This document shows positions 54,300-62,782 of a stretch of DNA of 64,000 nt, piece after piece (within the stretch, counting starts at the first letter, position 1; the number at the start of each line of letters is the position of its first letter). Under the pieces are notes generated by a model. It was not told where the DNA came from. It searched no databases and was given only the letters and a program-made list of their open reading frames with translations. The translations under genes were made by a program, and so were the position numbers. Source of the stretch: Marinosulfonomonas sp. (GTDB lineage: Bacteria > Pseudomonadota > Alphaproteobacteria > Rhodobacterales > Rhodobacteraceae); NCBI GenBank assembly GCA_051251595.1, contig JBPOFA010000016.1, positions 10,626-74,625 of the forward strand. Reading direction: 5' to 3'.

Positions 54300-55562
54300 A
54301 TGAAGAAAATTTATTTATTGTCGTCGGTCTTTGGACTGGCGCTGGCGGCACCCGCATTTGCGGTCGAGAAATCAGCCGTTTTGGAAAATTACGCCAATAT
54401 GGCAGAGGCTGGATTTCAGGACAGTCTGATTGGTGCGGAGCGTTTGCAAGCCGCCGTGGCAGAGCTGGTCTCTGACCCGTCGGCAGAGCATTTGCAGGCG
54501 GCGCGGGATGCGTGGCTGGCTGCGCGCGTGTCCTACCAGCAGACAGAGGTGTTCCGTTTTGGCAATGCCGTCGTGGATGACTGGGAAGGCAAAGTGAATG
54601 CCTGGCCCTTGGACGAAGGTCTGATCGATTATGTGGACGGGTCTTATGGCGGTCCTTCGGATGAAAACGAATTTGCGGTTCTGAACGTGATTGCGAACCC
54701 GACATTCACCTTGTCTGGGAAAGAGATCGACGCCAGCAACATTACGCCGGCCCTGTTGTCGGACACTTTGCAAGAGGCCGACGGCATCGAAGCAAATGTT
54801 GCGACAGGGTATCACGCGATTGAGTTTTTGCTGTGGGGCCAGGATCTGAACGGCCACGCCCATGGGGCGGGCAACCGGCCTTGGACGGATTATGCAACGG
54901 GTGATGACTGCACGAACGGCAATTGCGACCGGCGCGGTGCTTATCTTGCTGCGGCGAGTGAATTGTTGGTGTCCGATCTGGACTATATGGTGGCGCAGTG
55001 GGGTGCGGATGGCATCGGGCGCACGACTTTGATGGACAACGAAGACAGCGGAATTTCCGCCATGCTGACCGGCATGGGATCCCTGTCTTATGGAGAGTTG
55101 GCCGGTGAGCGCATGCGTCTTGGCGTCATGCTGAACGATCCTGAAGAAGAGCAGGATTGTTTTTCTGACAACACCTATAACAGCCATTTCTACGACGTTC
55201 TGGGCGTTCAGAACGTCTATTTGGGGCGCTATGTGCGCAGCAATGGCGACGTCGTGACGGGGCCGTCCTTGTCGGATCTGGTTCTGGAAGTGAACCCAGA
55301 GCTGGACACTGAAATCCAGGTCAAGATCGGGGCGACGATCATGGCGATGACGCTGATGAAAACAGCGGCTGAGGCTGGCTTTTCTTACGACCAGATGCTG
55401 GAACGCGGCAATGTTGCGGGCGAGGCGTTGATCATGGGGGGCGTGGATGCGTTGGTCGATCACACGCGGTCGATTGAACGCGCGGTTTCGGCGCTTGGGC
55501 TGGACCAGATCGCCTTTGAGGGATCCGACAGTCTTGATGATCCAGACGCTGTGTTCCAGTAG
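54300..55562 (+). CDS. Imelysin family protein (peptidase M75-like / IrpA-type iron-regulated protein)
   Basis: Signal peptide MKKIYLLSSVFGLALAAPAFA and the imelysin GxHxxE motif in TGYHAIEFLLWGQD. Confidence 0.85.
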   Translation: MKKIYLLSSVFGLALAAPAFAVEKSAVLENYANMAEAGFQDSLIGAERLQAAVAELVSDPSAEHLQAARDAWLAARVSYQQTEVFRFGNAVVDDWEGKVNAWPLDEGLIDYVDGSYGGPSDENEFAVLNVIANPTFTLSGKEIDASNITPALLSDTLQEADGIEANVATGYHAIEFLLWGQDLNGHAHGAGNRPWTDYATGDDCTNGNCDRRGAYLAAASELLVSDLDYMVAQWGADGIGRTTLMDNEDSGISAMLTGMGSLSYGELAGERMRLGVMLNDPEEEQDCFSDNTYNSHFYDVLGVQNVYLGRYVRSNGDVVTGPSLSDLVLEVNPELDTEIQVKIGATIMAMTLMKTAAEAGFSYDQMLERGNVAGEALIMGGVDALVDHTRSIERAVSALGLDQIAFEGSDSLDDPDAVFQ

Positions 55563-55573
55563 GATTTTGAAAC

Positions 55574-57088
55574 GTGAAGTCAAATCTTCTGGCCTTTGCA
55601 GCCATTCTGATGGGGTCAGCCGTTTCGGCTGCCCCCACAGACGAGCCACATCTGAGCATAGTACCCCGGACTGAAAAAGAAGCAGCCCGGATTTCAGCCG
55701 TCACCAAACCCACCACGGATTTTTCCGCCGCTTCGAAATTCGAAGAGCGCCCGGGTGGGGCCGCGACGGTTCGGGTTCGTCCGAATGCGAATGCGTTTTC
55801 GCAATCTTCGGCGAACCTGAGTTTTGAAGATGAACTTAATTTTCGCGTCGGCAATGGGCTGTTTCGCAAGCTGTGGGTGTCTGCCCCATCTTCGACACTG
55901 GCCTCTGACGGGTTGGGGCCGATTTACAATGCCCGGTCCTGTCAGCGTTGCCATTTGAAGGACGGTCGCGGGCATCCGCCCGAAGGACCGGACGACAATG
56001 CAATTTCAATGTTTTTACGCATCTCAATTCCCGGTGGTCCGGATGATGGGATTGCCGAGATTGAAGATTACCTTGCCACTTTGCCAGACCCGCATTACGG
56101 CACCCAGATGCAGGATTTTTCTGTGGCGGGCGTGCCAGCCGAATACCGGTTGGACATCACATATGAAGACCTTCCGGTAACCTTGGCCGACGGCACGGTG
56201 GTTACCTTGCGCAAGCCTACCTATCGCGCCGAGGATCTGGGCTATGGGCCTTTGCATCCTGATGCGATGCTTAGCCCACGTGTCGCACCGCAGATGATCG
56301 GGCTGGGTTTGCTAGAGGCTATTCCAGCGGCTGATATTCTGGCCCATGCGGATCCGGATGATCTGGATGGGGATGGTATTTCGGGGCGTCCGAATATTGT
56401 GTGGTCCGATGAATATGACACGGCCATGCTGGGGCGTTTCGGGCTCAAGGCCGGTGCGCCAACGATCAAACAGCAATCCGCGGGGGCGTTCCGCGGGGAT
56501 ATTGGGATCGGGTCGCCTTTGTACCCGACACCGCAAGGGGAATGCACCGATTTGCAGACCGTGTGTCTGGATGCGCCAGACGGGGATACGGATGTTCCTG
56601 GCGTGGAAATCGATCAGGAAGGCTTGGACATGGTCACGTTCTATAGCCGCAACCTGGCGGTTCCGGCGCGCCGTGGTGTGAATGACCCAGAGGTGTTGCG
56701 TGGAAAAGAGATTTTCTACAACACCGGTTGCATATCCTGCCACACCCCATCTTTTGTGACGCATCGTCTGGAAGACCGGCCAGAGCAAAGCTTTCAGCTG
56801 ATCTGGCCTTACACAGACATGTTGCTGCATGACATGGGTGAAGGTCTGGCCGATCACCGCCCTGAAGCCCGCGCAACGGGCAGTGAATGGCGCACGGCAC
56901 CTTTGTGGGGTATCGGCTTGACGGAACAGGTCAGTGGGCACACATACTTTTTGCACGACGGACGCGCGCGCAACATCCTGGAAGCGGTGCTTTGGCACGG
57001 TGGAGAGGCGCAACCAATGCGTGACGCTGTCGTCGAACTTTCAAAATCTGACCGCGATGCTTTGATCGCTTACCTGGAAAGTCTGTAA
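55574..57088 (+). CDS. DUF1111 di-haem cytochrome c-type oxidoreductase (peroxidase-like)
   Basis: GTG start with signal peptide MKSNLLAFAAILMGSAVSA. Two CxxCH haem-binding motifs (CQRCH, CISCH). C-terminal WHGGEA is typical of DUF1111. Confidence 0.85.
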   Translation: MKSNLLAFAAILMGSAVSAAPTDEPHLSIVPRTEKEAARISAVTKPTTDFSAASKFEERPGGAATVRVRPNANAFSQSSANLSFEDELNFRVGNGLFRKLWVSAPSSTLASDGLGPIYNARSCQRCHLKDGRGHPPEGPDDNAISMFLRISIPGGPDDGIAEIEDYLATLPDPHYGTQMQDFSVAGVPAEYRLDITYEDLPVTLADGTVVTLRKPTYRAEDLGYGPLHPDAMLSPRVAPQMIGLGLLEAIPAADILAHADPDDLDGDGISGRPNIVWSDEYDTAMLGRFGLKAGAPTIKQQSAGAFRGDIGIGSPLYPTPQGECTDLQTVCLDAPDGDTDVPGVEIDQEGLDMVTFYSRNLAVPARRGVNDPEVLRGKEIFYNTGCISCHTPSFVTHRLEDRPEQSFQLIWPYTDMLLHDMGEGLADHRPEARATGSEWRTAPLWGIGLTEQVSGHTYFLHDGRARNILEAVLWHGGEAQPMRDAVVELSKSDRDALIAYLESL

Positions 57089-57089
57089 T

Positions 57090-58103
57090 ATGAAGACCCT
57101 GGCACTTGTTTTGGCATTGTCATTGCCCTCTGCGGCAATGGCGGATCACAGTGAAGACGTTGTTGAAAACGTTATTCAGCACCATATTTTGCCAGGGTTT
57201 GAACGGTTGAGTGAACAAGCAGATCGGCTGGCCGAGGTGGCTGGCCGATCTTGCAAAGCTGATAGCGCAGAGTTGCGCGCACAGTATCAGGATACGTTTG
57301 ACGCCTGGATCGCGGTCAGCCATTTGCGGTTCGGCCCGACAGAGGTTGACGACCGCGCTTTTGCGCTGGCGTTTTGGCCAGACAGCCGCGGGGCGACGCC
57401 CAAAGCGTTGAATGCGTTGATTGCGAACGAGGATCCGATTGCGGGTTCCGTTGAGGACTATGCCAGCGTGTCGATCGCCGCGCGTGGTTTTTATGCGTTG
57501 GAATTCTTGCTGTATGATCCGGTGATTTCGACGGAAGGGCAGGATGGCTATCGCTGTCAGCTGATCCAGACGGTGACCGCCGATATTGCCCAAAACGCGG
57601 ATGAAATTCTGGACGATTGGGAAAATGGCTATGCGGCGTTGCTGATGGATGTGGATGGCAGCGGGCTTTATCGAAGTGAAGAGGAAGCCGCGCAGGAATT
57701 GTTCAAGGCGCTGTCGGCGGGTTTGGAATTCACCTCTGAGACGCGGCTGGGACGCCCGATGGGAACCTATGACAGACCGCGCCCGAAACGGGCGGAAAAC
57801 TGGCGGTCGGGACGGTCTTTGCGGAATGTTTATGTTTCCATTGAAAGCCTGAAGGGGCTGGCCGTGGCCTTGTCCGACGATGATCCCGAACTTACCGGGG
57901 AACTGGTCGAGGCTTTTGACGAAAGCCTTGAGCAGGCTCAAAAACTGGACGACCCGATCTTTGCGGGTGTGGCAACACCAAAAGGACGGTTTCGGGTTGA
58001 ATTGCTGAAGAACTCTATCGAGCAGGTACGCCATGTGGTCCGGGATGAACTGGGCCCAAGTCTGGGCGTGGCGTCTGGGTTCAACGCGATGGATGGAGAC
58101 TGA
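57090..58103 (+). CDS. Imelysin family protein, second copy (motif His replaced)
   Basis: Signal peptide MKTLALVLALSLPSAAMA. The homologous motif reads RGFYALEFLLYDP: the Glu is kept and the His is replaced by Tyr. Confidence 0.8.
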   Translation: MKTLALVLALSLPSAAMADHSEDVVENVIQHHILPGFERLSEQADRLAEVAGRSCKADSAELRAQYQDTFDAWIAVSHLRFGPTEVDDRAFALAFWPDSRGATPKALNALIANEDPIAGSVEDYASVSIAARGFYALEFLLYDPVISTEGQDGYRCQLIQTVTADIAQNADEILDDWENGYAALLMDVDGSGLYRSEEEAAQELFKALSAGLEFTSETRLGRPMGTYDRPRPKRAENWRSGRSLRNVYVSIESLKGLAVALSDDDPELTGELVEAFDESLEQAQKLDDPIFAGVATPKGRFRVELLKNSIEQVRHVVRDELGPSLGVASGFNAMDGD

Positions 58104-58105
58104 TC

Positions 58106-59176
58106 ATGGCCAACAGACGGCAGTTTTTGGCGGGGCTTTTGGCCGCTGGAATGGTTCCCAAGCCCAGCTGGGCGGATGCCGGTGGGCCGGCCTATTTGTC
58201 GGCAGCGGGCTTGCCAAGCGGCGGCTATGCCCTGTGCGGGATCGGCGCGAACCGGGAGGTTCTGTTCCAGATCACCTTGCCCAGCCGGGGCCATGCCGCA
58301 GCGGCACATCCCACAAGGCCAGAGGCCGTCGCTTTTGCCCGGCGTCCGGGGACCTTTGCGATCGTTTTGGACTGTTCTGATGGTCGGGTGAAAACCAGGC
58401 TTGAATCCCCAGAGGGGCGGCATTTTTACGGGCATGGGGCGTTTTCCGGCGATGGGCAATGGCTGTTCACGACGGAGAATGACTATGAGGCGGCAGAAGG
58501 GCGCATTGGCGTTTGGGACGTGGCTGCAGGCTATGCCCGCGTGGATGAGTTTGCCAGCGGGGGCACCGGCCCCCATGATTTGAAACGCCTGCCGGGATCA
58601 GAGGTTCTGGTTGTGGCCAATGGTGGGATTGAAACCCATCCCGATGCGGGACGGGCCAAGTTGAACATCGCGACGATGCAACCCAATCTCAGCTATCTGG
58701 AAGACGGGCAGGTGGTGGAACAGGCGCGTCTGTCCCCCGATCTGCATCGCAACTCCATACGGCATCTGGCGGTGTCAGAGACCGGGCAGGTTGCGTTTGG
58801 GATGCAATGGCAGGGCGATGGCGCTGCGCCTGCGCTTGTTGGGCTGCACCGTCGCGGTGCAGAGGTTCAGCTGTTTGACAGCCCCGAGGAGGAGCTGCAT
58901 CGCATGGGCAATTACATCGGCAGCATTGCCTTTTCAGAGGATGAAAGCCGGGTTGCTGTGACCTCTCCGCGGGGGGGGCGGGTGCAGCAATTCGATGTTG
59001 AAACCGGGGTTTTCGCCGCCGGTCTGGATATTGAGGATGCCTGCGGTGTCGCAGCACAGCAGGGCGGTTTTGTTGTCACCACCGGGCAGGGCAATATTGA
59101 TGCGGTCACGGGCCAGCAGATTACGCCGTTTCAGGTGCGCGATCTGATGTGGGACAATCATTTGATCCCGGTTTGA
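58106..59176 (+). CDS. DUF1513 domain-containing protein (Tat-exported, beta-propeller-like)
   Basis: Twin-arginine signal MANRRQFLAGLLAAGMV. Its size and its position as the last gene of the imelysin/DUF1111 cluster are typical of DUF1513. Confidence 0.8.
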   Translation: MANRRQFLAGLLAAGMVPKPSWADAGGPAYLSAAGLPSGGYALCGIGANREVLFQITLPSRGHAAAAHPTRPEAVAFARRPGTFAIVLDCSDGRVKTRLESPEGRHFYGHGAFSGDGQWLFTTENDYEAAEGRIGVWDVAAGYARVDEFASGGTGPHDLKRLPGSEVLVVANGGIETHPDAGRAKLNIATMQPNLSYLEDGQVVEQARLSPDLHRNSIRHLAVSETGQVAFGMQWQGDGAAPALVGLHRRGAEVQLFDSPEEELHRMGNYIGSIAFSEDESRVAVTSPRGGRVQQFDVETGVFAAGLDIEDACGVAAQQGGFVVTTGQGNIDAVTGQQITPFQVRDLMWDNHLIPV

Positions 59177-59281
59177 TCCTGGTCGCTGTTTGCGGCTAGG
59201 CCCAAACGGGTTGAGTGTGCCTGAAGGCTGTTCTATTGGCAGGGAAAGGGGCGGTTTGCCCTGCCAAACAGGGGCCGTGTG

Positions 59282-59773
59282 ATGAAAGACGTTCGAATTG
59301 TCGTAACCGGTGGAACCATCGACAAAATCCATGACCCGGCGACAGAGTCCCTCGCTTTTGCCGCGGATGGCAGCACGCATTTGCCAGAGATCCTGTCGAT
59401 GAGCCGCTGTCACTTTCCCACGGTCGATCTGTTGATGCTGAAAGACAGCCTGTATTTCGATGACGCCGACCGCGAGGCGATCACCGACGCGGTTCGAAAC
59501 GCACCGGAACAGGCCATTGTTGTCACCCACGGCACCGGCACGATGGGGGAAACAGCCCGCTGGCTTGCGCCGCGCATCACCGGTAAAACCGTTGTGCTGA
59601 CCGGGGCAATGCGCCCGCATTCGCTAAGCTTTTCTGACGGGCCGTTTAATCTGGGCGGCGCCATTGTGGCGGCGCAGATCATGGATGCGGGGATTTACGG
59701 CGTGATGAATGGCCGTGTGTTCCACGCCGAAGAGCTGAACAAAAACACAGAGCTGGGCCGGTTTGACGCCTGA
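59282..59773 (+). CDS. Asparaginase N-terminal-domain-only protein
   Basis: 163 aa. MKDVRIVVTGGTIDK carries the asparaginase TGGTI nucleophile motif and HGTGTM follows. No C-terminal domain is present. Confidence 0.65.
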   Translation: MKDVRIVVTGGTIDKIHDPATESLAFAADGSTHLPEILSMSRCHFPTVDLLMLKDSLYFDDADREAITDAVRNAPEQAIVVTHGTGTMGETARWLAPRITGKTVVLTGAMRPHSLSFSDGPFNLGGAIVAAQIMDAGIYGVMNGRVFHAEELNKNTELGRFDA

Positions 59774-59895
59774 ACGGCTGATGTCAGCGCATCCCAAATT
59801 TTTACAGTCGTTTTGGGGTGTGGGTCTTGATCGTGTTACAACTAGAGGCTTTCACTGGCCCCATCACAAAGCCTTTCATTCTGGAGATTGAATTC

Positions 59896-61077
59896 ATGAA
59901 ACGAATTTCCGCAGGTGTCATCGCAAGTTTTTTGATTGCACCCCTTCCTGGACACGCACAGGAGCTTAGGACGGATGAAGGCACGCCGGCCGGGCTTGAG
60001 ACAGAGGCATGGTCCAGCTATGAGGATTTCCTGAACCGCACCAAATTCAAAAGCTTTTACGGGCAATTGAGCCTGGGGACGCTGATCTATGACGATGGCG
60101 TGCAGACCAAGGGCTATCCGGTTCTGGACAATGGCAATTCGGGCACTCGTTTTGGGTTCGTCGTCTCCTCGACAGAGCTGTTGGACGATTGGCGCGTGTC
60201 TGGCCATTTCGAAATGAGCGTTGCGACGGTTTCCACCTCTGGGGCGAATGTCATCAGTCTGAACCCGGATTACGGTCTGGACGTGTTCGGGTTGCGGATT
60301 GCTGAACTGACATTTCAAAGTGACAGCTACGGCAAGATCTGGGTCGGGCAAGGGGCCATGGCATCGGATGGGGCCTCTGGCGTTGACCTGTCTGGAACCA
60401 CGATCGTTGCCAGTTCCTCTGTTGCGGATAGTGCAGGGGGGCAGTTGCTGCGCACCACAGGCGGGGCGGTGTCGAACATTGCGATTGGGGATAGCTTTGC
60501 GATTGACAGCGGGCTAAGCCGGAAATTGCGCCTGCGCTATGGCACGCCTGATCTTGGCGGCTTTGATCTGCGCGGGTCGGTTGGCTACGACGCGCTGAAC
60601 AATGACACAACGGTGCTGTATGACCTTGCGGCGGTGTTCGGCGGGTCCGCAGGCGTGGGAGAGGCCTATTCCTACAGGGCGGCTGTGGCGGTGTCCAAGC
60701 CGGCAAGCTCTGACGCTTTGGTCAACGGATCGGTGTCGGTGCTGCATGAACCCACAGGGCTAAGCCTGACCGGCGCGATGGCGGCAGAGTATCACACGGA
60801 CAGAACCGGGCGCTATTCCTTCGTGAAGGCGGGGTATCAAAAGCAGTTCTTTGACGTGGGCGCCACGGCGTTTTCGGTGGATGCGTATTTCGGCAGCGAC
60901 ATCGACGCGCCGGGGGCGGACAGCCGGTCTTATGCCTTGTCCGTTGTGCAAAACTACGACCGCACCAAAGCAGAGATCTACGGCACGGTGCGCAGCTATG
61001 ACTATTCCAATTCCAGCGGCTCTGTCGGCTACCGCAACGGCCTTGCCGTGTTTACGGGGCTGCGCCTGAAGTTCTGA
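59896..61077 (+). CDS. Outer-membrane porin
   Basis: ORF 59818..61077. Start at ATG 59896, preceded by GGAG. Signal peptide MKRISAGVIASFLIAPLPGHAQE, alternating beta-strand pattern rich in G/S/Y/D, and C-terminal LRLKF. Confidence 0.75.
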   Translation: MKRISAGVIASFLIAPLPGHAQELRTDEGTPAGLETEAWSSYEDFLNRTKFKSFYGQLSLGTLIYDDGVQTKGYPVLDNGNSGTRFGFVVSSTELLDDWRVSGHFEMSVATVSTSGANVISLNPDYGLDVFGLRIAELTFQSDSYGKIWVGQGAMASDGASGVDLSGTTIVASSSVADSAGGQLLRTTGGAVSNIAIGDSFAIDSGLSRKLRLRYGTPDLGGFDLRGSVGYDALNNDTTVLYDLAAVFGGSAGVGEAYSYRAAVAVSKPASSDALVNGSVSVLHEPTGLSLTGAMAAEYHTDRTGRYSFVKAGYQKQFFDVGATAFSVDAYFGSDIDAPGADSRSYALSVVQNYDRTKAEIYGTVRSYDYSNSSGSVGYRNGLAVFTGLRLKF

Positions 61078-61104
61078 GCGGCCTTTGAGTTTGGAGGGAT
61101 AAGC

Positions 61105-61135
61105 CGGGCGCGCATCTGCGTGGCCCGTTTTTTTT
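61105..61135 (+). terminator. Intrinsic terminator of the porin gene
   Basis: CGGGC...GCCCG stem with an internal GCG/CGC mini-stem, followed by T8 (61128-61135). Confidence 0.6.
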
Positions 61136-61153
61136 GTTTTGGTCTGAGGCGGG

Positions 61154-61171
61154 AAAAGGACCGTCGAAGCG
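61154..61171 (+). repeat. Left copy of the 18-bp direct repeat AAAAGGACCG(T)CGAAGCG flanking the Abi mini-island
   Basis: 17/18 identity with 62083-62100. Here the copy is truncated so that the hairpin's right arm is missing. Confidence 0.7.
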
Positions 61172-61212
61172 TTGATATTTAATCTAGGTTTTTCATTTTA
61201 TCTACGTAGGAT

Positions 61213-61986
61213 ATGCGGATGCTTGGAACTTACACAGAAGAATTACCTGATACGCCTTTGGAACGAGCGTTATTGTTGAAAAGACAGATCGAAGCTGTAG
61301 GAACTGAGGGGGCGTTTGCTGAACCCATCTACAGGCAACTTCGCGGCGAATTCATTGGCGACCCGCTCTTGAAAAAACTTATCCCGGCATTTGTCGTACG
61401 CTGCCGTGATCAAAATTGCTTGTGGGCTGAATTGAAGGCCGTTCACGAAGGCAGCGGTGCATATGCTGCACGGAGGCTTTTTCTGAACGAACAATTTTCA
61501 CCGCTTCTTGATTTCCTTGAGACCGGCGGAAGTGCGGCTGACGCTGCCATTACTGATGGTCTTAAGGAATATGACGCGCCTGCTGTGCAGTCTGTTTGGA
61601 CCAAAGCTCTTGAGCGCAGGTCGTCAGACCCCCAAGGGGCTGTTACCGCCGCCTGTACACTTCTCGAAGAAGTCTGCAAGCACATCATTGAAGACAGTGG
61701 CGGGACGTGGGAAGACACATCGAACATTCCAAAGCTGTATGGTGAAGCAGCCAAGGTGCTCGACCTTGCGCCGAACCAGCATCAGGCTAAGATTTTTAAA
61801 ACTATCCTTGGCAATAGCCAAAGTATCGTCAATAGCATTGGGGCACTTCGGAATAAAGGAAGTGATGCTCATGCTGGCGGCAGGGACAGGGTGCCTTTCA
61901 AGCCCCGACATGCTGCTCTTGCAGTCAACTTGGCCGGATCTATGGCCCTTTTCCTTATTGAGACATGGCAAGAGCGCGATCTGTAG
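61213..61986 (+). CDS. Abortive-infection-like protein with C-terminal Abi_C/HEPN-type domain
   Basis: 257 aa, AT-richer. The C-terminal segment ILGNSQSIVNSIGALRNKGSDAHAGG carries an R-x6-H HEPN-like motif as in Abi_C (AbiJ-type) domains. I do not recognise the N-terminal ~130 aa. Confidence 0.65.
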   Translation: MRMLGTYTEELPDTPLERALLLKRQIEAVGTEGAFAEPIYRQLRGEFIGDPLLKKLIPAFVVRCRDQNCLWAELKAVHEGSGAYAARRLFLNEQFSPLLDFLETGGSAADAAITDGLKEYDAPAVQSVWTKALERRSSDPQGAVTAACTLLEEVCKHIIEDSGGTWEDTSNIPKLYGEAAKVLDLAPNQHQAKIFKTILGNSQSIVNSIGALRNKGSDAHAGGRDRVPFKPRHAALAVNLAGSMALFLIETWQERDL

Positions 61987-62082
61987 CGTCAGAGTTATTG
62001 GAACCTGTCGCCCTACAACTTGCCCGTTCAGATTCCGGAAGCAGTTCTTGACGGCTGCAGCCAATCTATACCCCCAAACAGC

Positions 62083-62100
62083 AAAAGGACCGCCGAAGCG
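62083..62100 (+). repeat. Right copy of the 18-bp direct repeat (AAAAGGACCGCCGAAGCG)
   Basis: Forms part of the complete tRNA-Gly terminator hairpin. Confidence 0.7.
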
Positions 62101-62105
62101 GTCCC
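62087..62105 (-). terminator. Intrinsic terminator downstream of tRNA-Gly
   Basis: The minus strand reads GGGACCGC-ttcg-GCGGTCC followed by TTTTGCTGTTT, about 30 nt after the tRNA 3' end. Confidence 0.7.
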
Positions 62106-62134
62106 GTTTGTCGCTGATACATTCAGCTGAAAAT

Positions 62135-62209
62135 TGGAGCGGGCGAAGAGATTCGAACTCTCGACCCTAACCTTGGCAAGGTTATGCTCTACCCCTGAGC
62201 TACGCCCGC
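62135..62209 (-). tRNA. tRNA-Gly (anticodon GCC), CCA encoded
   Basis: The minus strand reads GCGGGCGTAGCTCAGGGGTAGAGCATAACCTTGCCAAGGTTAGGGTCGAGAGTTCGAATCTCTTCGCCCGCTCCA. It has a 7-bp acceptor stem, a D-loop AGCTCAGGGGTAGAGC, anticodon loop CTTGCCAAG and T-arm GAGAGTTCGAATCTCTT. Confidence 0.95.
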
Positions 62210-62350
62210 GTCCATTGGGTGTGCAGCAGATATTCAGTCTGGGCGCGGGCTGCAAGTAAAAAAAGCATCTCGGGCGAAAAATTTGCGCTTTTTTTCGGGT
62301 GGGCGATTTTTGGTGCCTGTGGGGCTGGGGAAAGGCCCGGGGAGGGGTGT

Positions 62351-62737
62351 TTAGAATATGGCGTGGGTGACGTTGGCGATGGCGGTGATAAAAATCATGC
62401 CCACGGTCAGGTACATGCCCCAGACCCGCAGGAACGGGATTTGAGGGGTGCTGCCCAGCCCGATGGCATGCAGGACGCGCCCTAAAAGCAGTGCGATCCC
62501 AGAGACATGCACCAGCCAGCCGGGCATGCCCTGGATTTCGGCCATGGCCAGCAGGATGATCCCGAGGGGCGCATACTCGGCACAGTTTGCCTGCACGCGC
62601 ATGCGTTTTTCCATGTCTTTGTCATCGCCGTCCCCGATCGAGATGCGCAGGTTGCGGCGGCCCAGGACGACCCGGTAGCTGATGGCAAGAAAGAGCAGGG
62701 CGATCAGCCCCGCATAGATCGGTGTGATGGCAAGCAT
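62351..62737 (-). CDS. MAPEG family membrane protein
   Basis: 128 aa with four hydrophobic helices. N-terminus MLAITPIYAGLIALLFLAISYRVVLGRR and the AEYAPL segment are typical of bacterial MAPEG proteins. Confidence 0.7.
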   Translation of the reverse strand: MLAITPIYAGLIALLFLAISYRVVLGRRNLRISIGDGDDKDMEKRMRVQANCAEYAPLGIILLAMAEIQGMPGWLVHVSGIALLLGRVLHAIGLGSTPQIPFLRVWGMYLTVGMIFITAIANVTHAIF

Positions 62738-62782
62738 GTGTCTGACCCCTATGCTGTTTTGTTCAGCATAGGGGCAGATCGC

